A DNA stretch of 63,944 bases, counting the filler, from Octopus bimaculoides (lineage: Eukaryota): NCBI RefSeq assembly GCF_001194135.2. It is 7 parts of 7 records of this genome, joined end to end, with 100 filler letters (N's around TTAATTAATTAA, not from the genome) between each part and the next. Parts side by side here need not be neighbours in the genome. Positions count along the whole stretch, not along the records: positions 1 to 10,753 come from NC_068984.1; positions 10,854 to 25,619 come from NC_068983.1; 5 more parts are not named here. The stretch is one strand, 5' to 3'. Position numbers and translations under genes: made by a program. Under the pieces are notes generated by a model. That model was not told the DNA's origin. It searched no databases and saw only the letters and a list, made by a program, of their open reading frames with translations. Shown piece by piece: positions 1 to 10,854 of the stretch. The stretch's first letter is position 1; the number at the start of each line of letters is the position of its first letter.

Positions 1-9
1 ATATATATG

Positions 10-59
<50 letters not shown>

Positions 60-60
60 A

Positions 61-113
<53 letters not shown>

Positions 114-140
114 CATATATATACATACATATATATATTT
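1..140. repeat. (TA)n-rich microsatellite
   Basis: Direct reading. Many similar (TA)n, (CA)n, (TACA)n and (TATC)n tracts elsewhere are not listed individually. Confidence 0.95.
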
Positions 141-399
141 GTATGTATGTATTCTATATGTATATGTGGCTGGAAGAAAGAGAGAGAGAGAGACGGAAAG
201 GAGGGATAGAGAGACAAAGATAAAGAGCAAGAAAGAGATGATTAGTGAAGGAATCTGTAGAAAAAGCTAGAATAGAATGTAATTATGTATTTGCTCAAAA
301 GAGAAACGGAATTACTGAGTATTTATAGAGCTTCAGGATACTCTCTGGATAAGGAAAATGGCACTTCTGTAGGAAAGTATTGACAGTAGCACTGGGAGT

Positions 400-620
400 A
401 GGTAGTCGTGGTGGTGGTAGTGGTGGTGATGGCGATTTTGATGATGGTGGAGATGGTCTTTATGGTGAAAATGGTGGTAGTGAAGATAATGACAGTAGAA
501 ATGATGGTGGTAGAGAACATGATGGAGATGGTGGTGGAGATAGAGATAGAGATGGTGCTTGTTGTGAGGGTAATTATAGTGGGCGGTAGTAGTGGGTGTG
601 GTGATGATGGTGGTTGAAGA
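400..620. repeat. GGT/GAT trinucleotide low-complexity tract
   Basis: Degenerate ggt/gat repeats; source of the His/Thr/Gly-rich spurious ORFs at 323-755. Confidence 0.85.
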
Positions 621-827
621 AGTAATGGTGATGGTTATAGTGCTGCTTCTATCGATGATGAATGTAGCATTGGTGGTACTAGTGGCATAGGAATTACATA
701 TGACTGTAGAACAACATGTAAATGGTTTCAACTTGAAACTATTTTCTTCTACCATAAATATTTTACAACTAGCTATTTTGCTTGTTACAGATCAGTGACT
801 GATGGTCACTTTGTTTACAATATATTG

Positions 828-880
828 CTGGCTGGAGTGGACTCTGGCTGGAGTGGACTCTGGTTGGAGTGCACTCTGGC
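828..880. repeat. 16-bp tandem repeat, about 3.3 copies (ctggctggagtggact)
   Basis: Units at 828-843, 844-859 and 860-875, plus a partial unit. Confidence 0.9.
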
Positions 881-1737
881 AGCCAGGTGCTTGCAACTGA
901 GGATGAGTCAACCAGCTCAGAACTGAGTCAGTCTTGTGATACTGTTGTCTGTTAGAGGATGGTAGGGGTTCACTACCCCTGCTAATAATATATATTGTAT
1001 ATAAAGGGTGCAACAATGCACCGATAACTAGCAGGTGGAAGATCAGCCTGGGGTTATACTAGTAGTAACATGGAACAGCCACTTTGATGTGTTGATTGAC
1101 TTTACTTTTTAGTATAGTTACTACTTTTATCTCTTCTTGAGATTTTACAACTAGGTATTTTGCTTATATATATATATATATCAGTATAAAAACTTAATGT
1201 TGACAAAGGCTGTGTGGTGTTCAATTATAAATAAATAAAGCCTGTTGCTCGCACATGACTACTACAGGCCATTTTTCCCGTCTCTCTGTCTTCTGGATGG
1301 GACGTCCAGCCAGCTGGATGTCATTTCTCTTGCCCTTCAATACGTTTTTCTCTTCTACTATTTTTTTCTCTTCTATCTATTCTATATCCTTTCAAAATTT
1401 CTCCCAGGCATTACCCATTACAATTTGTCTTGGCCTTAACAGCCCTTAATGCTTGCCTTCATTGAGTGTTTACTCTGTACGCCCACTCTAGTGTCATTTA
1501 TTCATTCAAAACCCTAACTCTCCACAAATTTTGTATTTTAAAAATTTCTGGATGTTGCTGTCTGATGAAGTATTCTTGTCTTGTTGTTTAAAGCACGAAA
1601 CAGGTAGTAATAAACACTCGACAACTGAGGAGGAGTTAAATTTCTTTTGGTATTTTGTTCTGTACTTATCTCTGTGTTTTTATTTATTTTTCCCTCGTTG
1701 GTGATGTTCTGTACTTAATGTGTATTATATATGTGTA

Positions 1738-1786
<49 letters not shown>

Positions 1787-1837
1787 CTATGTATATATAT
1801 GTATCTTGAAGAATTTTACTTGAAAGAATCAATCCCA

Positions 1838-2115
1838 GTATTTGTTTTTTTAAAGCCTGGTCCATATTCTATTGATCTTTTTTGCTGAACTGCTAAGTTA
1901 TGGGGACAAAAACACACCAACACCATTTGTCACGCAGTGGTGTGGCACAACCACAAGAACGTACACACACACACACAACAGGCTTCTTTCAATTTCCATC
2001 TACCAAATCCACTCACAAGGCTTTGGTTAGCTTAGGGCTATAGTATAAGTTATTTGTTCAAGATGCCATGCAGTTGGACTGAATTTGGAACCAAGTGGCT
2101 GAGAAGCAAGTTTCT
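1838..2115 (-). mobile_element. tRNA-derived SINE family A (octopus OK/OR-like), degenerate
   Basis: Reverse complement of the window-wide consensus ...ggttccgggttcagtcccactgcgtggcaccttgggcaagtgtcttctactatagcc...aaagccttgtgagtggatttggtagacggaaactgaaagaagcc. Confidence 0.85.
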
Positions 2116-2841
2116 TTATTTCTATATGAGGCCATAAAGGCCTCATACAGAAAAAGGGAAGCTGTGGGCTTGACATAGACATAATGTTATGTGAATGAAA
2201 AAGCGATGATTAATGAATAAATGGGGGAACAAGCAGCACCTGCCGACTGTCTGATCCCCGAAAACATTGTTCTGTTATATATGAGGCAACAAGCCTCTTA
2301 CACTGTTCATAATGTTGATTGANNNNNNNNNNNNNNNNNNNNNNNNNNNNNNNNNNNNNNNNNNNNNNNNNNNNNNNNNNNNNNNNNNNNNNNNNNNNNN
2401 NNNNNNNNNNNNNNNNNNNNNNNNNNNNNNNNNNNNNNNNNNNNNNNNNNNNNNNNNNNNNNNNNNNNNNNNNNNNNNNNNNNNNNNNNNNNNNNNNNNN
2501 NNNNNNNNNNNNNNNNNNNNNNNNNNNNNNNNNNNNNNNNNNNNNNNNNNNNNNNNNNNNNNNNNNNNNNNNNNNNNNNNNNNNNNNNNNNNNNNNNNNN
2601 NNNNNNNNNNNNNNNNNNNNNNNNNNNNNNNNNNNNNNNNNNNNNNNNNNNNNNNNNNNNNNNNNNNNNNNNNNNNNNNNNNNNNNNNNNNNNNNNNNNN
2701 NNNNNNNNNNNNNNNNNNNNNNNNNNNNNNNNNNNNNNNNNNNNNNNNNNNNNNNNNNNNNNNNNNNNNNNNNNNNNNNNNNNNNNNNNNNNNNNNNNNN
2801 NNNNNNNNNNNNNNNNNNNNNNNNNNNNNNNNNNNNNNNNN

Positions 2842-3300
2842 NGTCATTTTCACATTCAAGAGCCTGGCGTTACTGCCACCCAGGCCCCGGTGGATAGTAA
2901 CTTCTATTCAATCCAGCCCTATCCCGGATGGCAGCCCACATACCCAGGCTCATATCAGCTTCCTCCCACAATATGTGGGGAGGAACAAAATGTCCTGGCC
3001 CTCAAGGGGCTCGCTTGCAAATTTGCAAGCTTCCTCGGGGGTGCCAAACAGCAACCACACCATTGCATATTTGGCCCCCTGAGATATGTATTTAATAGTT
3101 GACAGATAATCTGCCAACTCTTTTTCTATTTTATCTTTGTTAAAGAGGGTGATGGTGCCGAGTGACCTAGAATAGGTCCTTAGCACCACCATCCTCTTTT
3201 CAAAGCCCTCTAACCCTCTTCTTGGGTGGCACAATCTCCCATTCCAAGATAGCATCCTTTTCCACCATGTTTTTTGTTTTGGGGGTTCAAAACGGCCAAA
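2842..3300 (-). pseudogene. Possible non-LTR retrotransposon ORF1-like remnant (Tx1/L1-like, inferred)
   Basis: Frame reads ...RMVVLRTYSRSLGTITLFNKDKIEKELADYLSTIKYISQGAKYAMVWLLFGTPEEACKFASEPLEGQDILFLPTYCGRKLI*AWVCGLPSGIGLD*IEVTIHRGL, an RRM/gag-like pattern with stops. The family is only guessed. Confidence 0.4.
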
Positions 3301-3906
3301 AGTAAAAGGAAGTCCAAAAAAGAAAGAAGAGAAAAAAACAAAATACAACAGAAAACAGTTCAAGAAAAAATCCCAAAAAAGGGATTTGAAGAAAAAAAAC
3401 AGTTCAAACAAGAAAAAGATAGAAGAAAGAAAGAAACAGTTCACAGTTAAAAAAAAAAAAAAAAAAAAACACAGCAAATACAATTCTTTCGGCCACTAGG
3501 TAATCCTGGTCTGTCTTCAATTCAACTTGAAACTGGAATCCTGTGACTGGAACAAACTGGAACAACTTCCACAACTATTCACTAAAAGTGAACAAATTAT
3601 TTACGCAAATTCTCTGGTCACAATGCTGTGTGGTCAGAAGCGAACTTCTTTATTTCATTAAAATTCGCCATTGGAGGCGTTACAGAGAGGGGACAAACAA
3701 GGACAGACAAACATAAGGGGGAAGAAGCTTCAACGTTTTTTAAAAATTTTACAAGTTACGAATAGATTAAAATCTGATTGAAATTGATTTAAAAATTAAT
3801 TTTAAAATATTGCAAGCTTCCTTGGGGGTGCCAAACAGCAACCACACCATTGCATATTTGGCCCCCTGAGATATGTATTTAATAGTTGACAGATAATCTG
3901 CCAACT

Positions 3907-4140
3907 CGAAGGAAGGCAACCGACGATCCTGATAGAACCTTTGCTTCCCAAATTGACCTCACTTATTTGGTGCCAATCTCACTCAGCTTGCGCTCCACAG
4001 ACTTCTATCTTTTCGTAAACATATCCCGTGACAGACACTTTCTCTCCAGCCTGATCTTACTACTGAGGTGGTAACTAAAAAAGTTAACCAGCCCCTGGCC
4101 GGAGACAAAGGTACCTGTCACTATACCTTTCACACGCGTC
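3907..4140 (-). pseudogene. Possible LINE ORF2 C-terminal remnant (Tx1-like, inferred)
   Basis: GQGLVNFFSYHLSSKIRLERKCLSRDMFTKR*KSVERKL resembles the R.ER......F..RW tail of Tx1-clade ORF2; weak. Confidence 0.3.
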
Positions 4141-4390
4141 TTCCATACTGTTTCTTTCAGTATGGCTACTACACAGAACCACACAGCAATGCCTGCACCT
4201 GTGTGTGTGTGTATACATTTTTCCTCACTTTTCATCATGTTGAAATGTTAATCCCTACACATTTTTTCTCTCTCCATGTTTTTCATTCTTTCTCCTTTTC
4301 TTCCTCTTTAATCCTTTCTCTCGAAGTGCACAGGCTTGAAACAAACGATTTCTCTATTCTTCATCTTTTGTTTTCTGAAAATTTGAACTA

Positions 4391-5852
4391 CAGGGGTTGG
4401 AAAAAATAATGGAAATACCTTAAAATTTTAAACAAAGTTTCTTTTTAATATGGGGTATGACTGCCTTTGGCAGTAATTACAGCTTGAATTCTACAAGGTA
4501 TGGACTCGTACAAAGTTTGAATTGTTTCCAAAAGAATTTTTGTCCAGAGTATTTGTGTAGGAGTATATTGTGGCTGGAGAATTTGTGTAAATAATTTGTT
4601 CACTTTTAGTGAATAGTTGTGGAAGTTATTCCAGTTTGTTCCAGTCGCAGGATTCCGGTTTCAAGTTGAATTGAAGACAGGCCAGGATTACCTAGTGGCC
4701 AGAAGAATTGTGTTTGTTGTGTCTTTTTTTGAACTGTGAACTGTTTCTTTCTTTCTTCAATCTGTCTCCAGTTTGTGTAGTGTTGATAGTGAAGGATATA
4801 GACTCCTTACTTGTTTTTCTAAATTGCACCATAAATATTCAATGATATTGAGATCTGGGGACTGTGGCCAGATAAGGTGTTCAACATCACTAGAATGTTC
4901 CTCGTACCATCCACTAACAACTTTAGCTGTGTGAATTGGTGCATTATCATCTTGAAAGATTACATTTCCCCCCAGAAACAGTTCTGCAACCATAGGATTC
5001 ATTTGATCAGATAAAATGCTTAAATAGTCTTGACTATTAATTCTGCCATGAAGGGAAACCATTGGGCCGGTGGATTTCCAAGATACAGCACCCTAGATCA
5101 TCACAAATCCTCTTCCATGTTTAACAGTTGGAAGAAGGCAGTGTGAGTCAAATGCTTCTTTTGGCTGTCCCCACATGTATACTCGGCTGGTGGTCAAAAA
5201 TAAGGTAAAGGATGACTTGTCCAAGAAAATAACATTCTTCCACTGCTCTAGGGACTAATTCTGTAGGTTTTTACTCCACTCTAAACGCTTTGCAACATTT
5301 GTTTTTGAAAGTAGTGATTTTCTGATTGCAGCCTTCCCATGAAATCCGGCTTTGTGCAGCTAGAAGCGAACAGTTTTTGTGGAAACTGGATTCTTGAGGT
5401 GGTCATCAAGCTCTGCAGTAATTTTGGGAGCTGTACTTTTGTGATCCTTTCTAACAATTCACATAAGAGCCTGATGGTCCCTATCTGAAAGTTTTGGTTT
5501 TGTTTCAACTAGGAGGTTTTTCCTTCTTTCTCAAAGGCTATCATTACCTTCGAGACAGTACTTCTTGATGCACCAAACATTTTGGCTATTTTCATTACAC
5601 TAGCACCTGCCATACAAGCACCAACAATTTGACCTCTTTGAAAGTCTGATAGATCTGTCATTTTAATAAATTTTAATTACATTTTTCTGATGATATCTGA
5701 AAAGAAACCACAATTTTAGCAAAAAATATTAAGCAACTCTAATAATAAATCAAAAACATAAAAATAAACAAGCTTTTCATATTTTTTATTTAGATATTTG
5801 AAAATTATGATGCTATAATGCTAAGTGTTTCCATTATTTTGTCCAAACCCTG
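4391..5852 (-). mobile_element. Tc1-family DNA transposon with both TIRs and TA target duplication
   Basis: Left ta|caggggttggaaaaaataatggaaatac and right gtgtttccattattttgtccaaaccctg|ta; internal transposase remnant. Confidence 0.95.
4445..5661 (-). pseudogene. Tc1 transposase, frameshifted and interrupted by a ~200-bp insert
   Basis: Starts MTDLSDFQRGQIVGACMAGASV (paired-like HTH); contains FQDDNAPIHTAK and WPQSPDLNIIEYLW (DD34E region); ends YESIPCRIQAVITAKGSHTPY*. Confidence 0.9.
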
Positions 5853-5873
5853 TATATCATATATATATAAATG

Positions 5874-6155
5874 ATGGACTCTCCTGTCGAAGATAATGTA
5901 TGAGCATTCAGCTTTTGCCGAACAACCTGTTCAAATGATTCATTAAATAGTGATCAAATGTTTGAGCCACATATTAGCTCATTCTCTCCATCAAATCGAA
6001 TTTTCTGAACAGGTACACTATGTATCATGTGTCAGGTGTTGAGCAACATGCAATAATGTGTTTTGCTCAAGAACACAATGCACCACCTGGTCTAGGAAGT
6101 GAAATCACAATCTTGCAATTGTGAGAGCAATACCCTAACCACTAAGCCATGCACC
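5874..6155 (-). mobile_element. tRNA-derived SINE family D (related to family C)
   Basis: Minus head gcatggcttagtggttagggtattg...tgtgttcttgagcaaaacac; tail tcttcgacaggagagtcca(tca) resembles the family C 3' end. Confidence 0.6.
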
Positions 6156-6201
6156 CTTACATACATACATGCATGTATATATATATACATACATACATAT
6201 A

Positions 6202-6273
<72 letters not shown>

Positions 6274-6699
6274 TACATATACTACATACACAGAAAGAGA
6301 GAGAGAATTATGTGTTTATATATCTATCTTTCTATCTATCTATTCCAATACACCAATAACTACCCACACCACTTCATACATCACTAATTCAACAGATGTT
6401 CAACTTACAAACAGCTTTGCCTTGGACTTGCTGTACACACACACATGTACATATGCAAGCATACACACATACACATTGTCTACACACAGATACATAAATA
6501 CACACACACATGCAGATGCACGCACACAAATACAAGTTATGTTAAAAGTCCCTATGTAATTGTTAGATCTGCTAGAAATAGCTGCTGATCTTAGAGTAGA
6601 GAATGCATTAGAGACTGTAGACTTGGATATTGATGGAACGGTCATGGTCTGTTTGTGGCTATCTCTTGGGATGAAAGATGATGGTCTTCCTTTCTTTCT

Positions 6700-8010
6700 T
6701 GCAGTTATTGATGGATTCTGAGGTGACTGATGAGTCCAATTCTTTCTTAGAAGTTTCTTCCACAAGTATGACAGGTGGTTCCAGATAGAAGGTCCTTCTT
6801 GTCTATCTTCTTTGTGCCTCCTCTTTTGTCCTAGTTCAGCAGTCCAACTAGTCTCAAAAGTTGTTCGTCCCACTTTAGTGATGGATCTCCAGCATTTTCA
6901 ATCTTGAGCATTTCTCTACCAGTTCCCAGTGTCAATATTACATTTCTTGGAAAGGCAGTGAGTTGGCAGAATCATTAACATACTAGGTAAAATGCATAGC
7001 AGAATTTTGTCTGTCTTTATGTTCTGAGTTCAAATTTCACTGAGGTCGACCCTGCCTTTCATCCTTTTGGAGTTGATAAAATAAACACCAGTTAAACACT
7101 AGGGTTGATGTAATTGACTCACCCCTTCTCTGAAATTGCTGGCCTTGTGCCAAAATTTGAAACCAATATTACAATTCTTGAATTTGGTTTTCAGGACATT
7201 TGTAACTCTTTTCTTTTGCCCTCCTCTTCTTTGTTTTCTTTCCGTTAATTGGGAGTAGAGAAGCTGTTTCAGTAGGTGGTTATTTATCATCTGGATAACA
7301 CAACTGTTTCTAGATGATGGAAGCTGCAATGGAGGTCATGTTAGCTTCTTTCAATAAACTGATATTTATCCTTTCTTCCTTGCTAGTGTTGAGAATACTT
7401 TGAAGGCAGCAATGGTGGTATATTTCAAGTGCTTTTATGTTTCTTCTGTACAAAGTTCCGATCTTAGAGGCATATAGGCGCATGGGGTGATCACTGCCTT
7501 GTATACCATCATTTTTGTATCAGTATGAATGTCTTGATCTGCATCTGTGATAGCTTGGGTCTTCAGCCCATCTTGATGGTCATGGAATGTTATAATGATA
7601 TAGTCAATCAGGTGCCAGCATTTTGAGTGTGGATGTTGCCATGAAGCTTTGTATTCTGGCAAAATAAAGAATTGGTAATCACCAGATCATGCTCAGCACA
7701 CTTGGAGAGATGAGGTGTCCCATTGGCATTGGCCTTCCAATTCCTTCTTTTCCAGTGGTTCCAATCCAGAGCCTGTGATCCCACCTGACTCTGGCATTAA
7801 AATCATCAAGTAGAGCACCCTTGTCTTCATTTAGAATGGAAGAGAGTACTTCATTGATTTGAGCTTAGAAGTTTCCCTTCACATCGTCTTCAGCATCCAA
7901 AGGGTGGTGGTTTGTTGATTTCTGTTGAGCATAATCCTCAGTATCATAAGTTGTTCATTGATTCCAAGAGATTGCTCAGTTAGTTTCTGAATGATCACCC
8001 TTTTCTCCAC
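6700..8010 (-). mobile_element. RTE (BovB-like) LINE remnant: APE C-terminal part fused to the post-RT C-terminus, RT deleted
   Basis: LDDFNARV and SWQHPHSKCWHLIDYII (APE) join directly to TKMMVYKAVIT, then KQLLYSQLTERKQRRGGQKKR, WRSITKVGRTTFE and a terminal CHTCGRNF*ERIGLISHLRIHQ* zinc finger. Confidence 0.85.
6951..7163 (+). mobile_element. SINE family B inserted into the RTE remnant, 17-bp TSD
   Basis: aaggcagtgagttggcagaatc...gaggtcgaccctgcctttcatcc (Nin/Deu-domain-like central motif, from recall). TSD caatattaca(t/a)ttcttg at 6933-6949 and 7164-7180. Confidence 0.9.
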
Positions 8011-8470
8011 CACTTAAAGCCACACATTTTTTAATGTAGTTTTCACCATATGAGTCATCTCATAGAGCTCTTTCATTTGAATACAACTGTTGTGTAGTTT
8101 TCTTCAATATTAGCTGAGGTATTTCTATTTAGAGTCAATTTTTGAAGTTACTCACCATTTTTTTGTCACTTAAAGTCACACAACTTTTTTCTAGCTAATA
8201 CATTTTAATATGGTTTTCACCAAAAAATTCTTCTTAATAAGCACGTTCTTTTCAACCCAACTAATCCATACTTTTCTCTTAAAATAAATGAGATTCAAAG
8301 TCAAATTTCTGCCTTACTCTAATGTTTTTGAGCTAACTTTTTTTCTAATGAACCAAATTTCAATTATTTTATCTCAAAACTTAGCTTAGAACTGGACCAA
8401 TATTGCAAAATAAACCACATTGTGTGGTAAGAAGCTTGCTTTCGAACCACATTGTGTGGCACCTTGGGCA

Positions 8471-10447
8471 ATGAAGGAAAGGTATGCATAAGTGGGCTGG
8501 TTACACCCCTGGTATAGGCCACGGGTTATGGTCTCACTTGGCTTGCTGGGTTTTCTCAAGCACAGCATATTTCCATAGGTCTCAGTCACTAGTCATTGCC
8601 TCGGTGAGGCCTAATGTTTGAAGGTTGTGTTTCACCACTTCAACCCAGGTCTTCCTGGGTCTACCTCTCCCAAAGGTTCCCTCAACTGCTAGGGTGTGGT
8701 AATTTTTCACACAGCTATCCTCATCCATTCTCGCCACATGACCATACCAGCGCAGCCATCTCTCTTGCACACCACATCTGATGCTTCTTAGGTCCAACTT
8801 TTCTCTCAAGGTACTTACACTCTATCGAGTCTTACACATCTAGCAGAGCATACTGGCTTCATTCCTTGCAAGCTTACACATGTCTCAGCAGTCATGGCCC
8901 ATGTTTCACTGCCATGTAGCATGGCTGTTCGTACACATGCGTCATACAGTCTACCTTTTACTCTGAGAGAGAGGCCCTTTGTCACCAGCAGAGGTAAGAG
9001 CTCTATGAACTTTGCCCAGTCTATTCTCATTCTAGCAGCTACACTTTCAGCCCCCGCCCCGCTACTGACTTGGTCACCTAGGTAACAGAAGCTTCTAGTT
9101 TTTCTCTCTGGAATGTGGCAGAAGTTGTTCTCTGCACATTTTCAGTGTTTATTGCTCCTGAGCATCTGCCACATACAAAAACTATCTTCTCAGTTAGCCT
9201 TCCTTTGATATTGCTGCACCTCTTATGTGTCCATAGCTTACACTGAGTAAATCTTATAGAGTTTCCACCTAGGCCTTTTCTACAGATCGAGCAGGACCAC
9301 CTACCTGAAGGGATTTGTAGTTTGTCTGCCTTAGTACTTATTAGGACTTTGGTTTTAGCTAGGTTGATTTTAAGGCCCTTCGATTCTAATCCTTGCTTCC
9401 ACACCTGAAACTTCTCGTCTAGTTCTGATAGTGACTCAGCAATTAGAGCAAGGTCATCAGCATAGAGGAGTTCCCAGGGACCTCTTGTCTTGAATTCCTT
9501 TGTTATTGCCTGGAGGACTATGATAAATAGGAGGGGGCTGAGAATTGAACCTTGGTGAAACCCTACCTCTACCCAGAATTCTTCACTGTACTCGTTGCCA
9601 ACCCTCACCTTACCGACAGCGTCTTTATACATGGCTCACACAGCTCTTACTAACCATTCATCTATCCCTAGTTTCCTCATTGACCACCAGAAAAGGGATA
9701 GGGGGACCCTGTCAAAGGTTTTCTCCATGTCAACAAAAGCCAGGTACAGAGGTTTATCTTTGGCTAGGTATTTCTCCTGCAGCTGTCTTACCGGAAATAT
9801 AGCATTAGAGGTGCTTTTCCCTGGCATGAACCCAAACTGCATCTCATCTAAGCTGACTCTCCCTAATTAGTTGGGCTATGACCCTCTCCATGAGCTTTAT
9901 TACCTGATCCAACAACTTGATACCTCTGTAATTATTTATGTCTAAAGTGTCACCTTTGCCTTTGTAGCAGTTGACTATGGTGCTGCTACACCAGTCATTG
10001 GGTATGATTCCTTCATGTATCATCTGGTTAACAATACGGGTGACTAGGCTATAGCTGACACTGTCAGATATTTTGAGCATCTCTGCAGTGATTCCTGATG
10101 GGCCAGGGGCTTTCCCTGTCTTTATACTCTTAATTGCTTTATCTACCAAGGTACTGTCAATTCAGATAGCTGATCCCGCTGTTGGGTCAACATTCGGCAG
10201 ACTCTCTTTCTCCCATTCATTCTCTTTATTGAGCAACCTTTCATAGTGGTATCTCCAAACCTCTCTCTTTACAGCCTCGTTTAGTGCAAGTGAACCATCA
10301 TCCATGCGGACACATTTCTCTCCTACAACATCACAATTCTTTCTCACACACTGTCTTGCAACACGAAATACTTCAAGTCCTTGGTCTTCATGGCACAGAA
10401 CATTGGCAATTTTTTTCTTATCTGCTTCCCCTCTGGCTAAATAAACC

Positions 10448-10450
<3 letters not shown>
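8471..10450 (-). mobile_element. RTE-clade LINE, 5'-truncated, frameshifted RT
   Basis: KTGKAPGPSGITAEMLK, YRGIKLL, QFGFMPGKST, LYLAFVDMEKTFDRVP, VGFHQGSILSPLLFIIV, ELLYADDLAL, RLYDACVRTAMLHGSETW, LRWYGHVARM, GRGRPRKTW. Confidence 0.95.
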
Positions 10451-10484
<34 letters not shown>

Positions 10485-10500
10485 ACAGGCATATGCCCAC

Positions 10501-10753
10501 GGGCATATGGCGTAGTGGTTAAGAGCGCGGGCTACTAACCCCAAGGTTCCGAGTTCGATTCACGGCAGCGACCTGATTAATAATAATAATAATAATAATA
10601 TAATAATAATAATAGTAACATCGATAGGAATGAGAACCCAGGTTCGAAATTTCCCCAAGACACCTGACGAAGGCTGGAGGGTATATCAGCCGAAACGTTG
10701 TGTTAACAACAAACAAGATGAGGACGAATATCCGTCAAATGTAGATAATGTAA
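10501..10753 (+). mobile_element. tRNA-headed SINE-like element carrying a hammerhead ribozyme (copy 1; 3' end at gap)
   Basis: A-box tggcgtagtgg, B-box gagttcgattc, (AAT)n linker, HHR module and aatgtagataatgtaa tail; near-identical to 21666-21903. Confidence 0.85.
10659..10704 (+). ncRNA. Minimal type I hammerhead ribozyme
   Basis: gacac-CUGACGA-a-ggcug(gaggguauau)cagcc-GAAA-cg-U-U/guguu: stem I gacac/guguu, stem II ggcug/cagcc, palindromic ACGU stem III; predicted cleavage after 10699. Confidence 0.8.
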
Positions 10754-10854
10754 NNNNNNNNNNNNNNNNNNNNNNNNNNNNNNNNNNNNNNNNNNNNTTA
10801 ATTAATTAANNNNNNNNNNNNNNNNNNNNNNNNNNNNNNNNNNNNNNNNNNNNT

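Noticed and set aside
6400-6873. 157-aa ORF as a host exon
   Set aside because: Its 5' half is the frameshifted RTE C-terminus, and its 3' end runs into CA microsatellite.
10501-10575. tRNA gene (Ser-ACT or Asn-like)
   Set aside because: The acceptor stem does not close, there is no T-run terminator, and it continues into a repeat body; it is a SINE head. The same applies to heads at 25130-25207, 6090-6155 and 57205-57290.
10798-10809. TTAATTAATTAA 12-mer centred in N runs (also 25664, 39395, 46980, 55567, 62883)
   Set aside because: Sits between 44 N and 44 N, making a 100-bp spacer with stops in all six frames. It is a scaffolding artefact, not biology.
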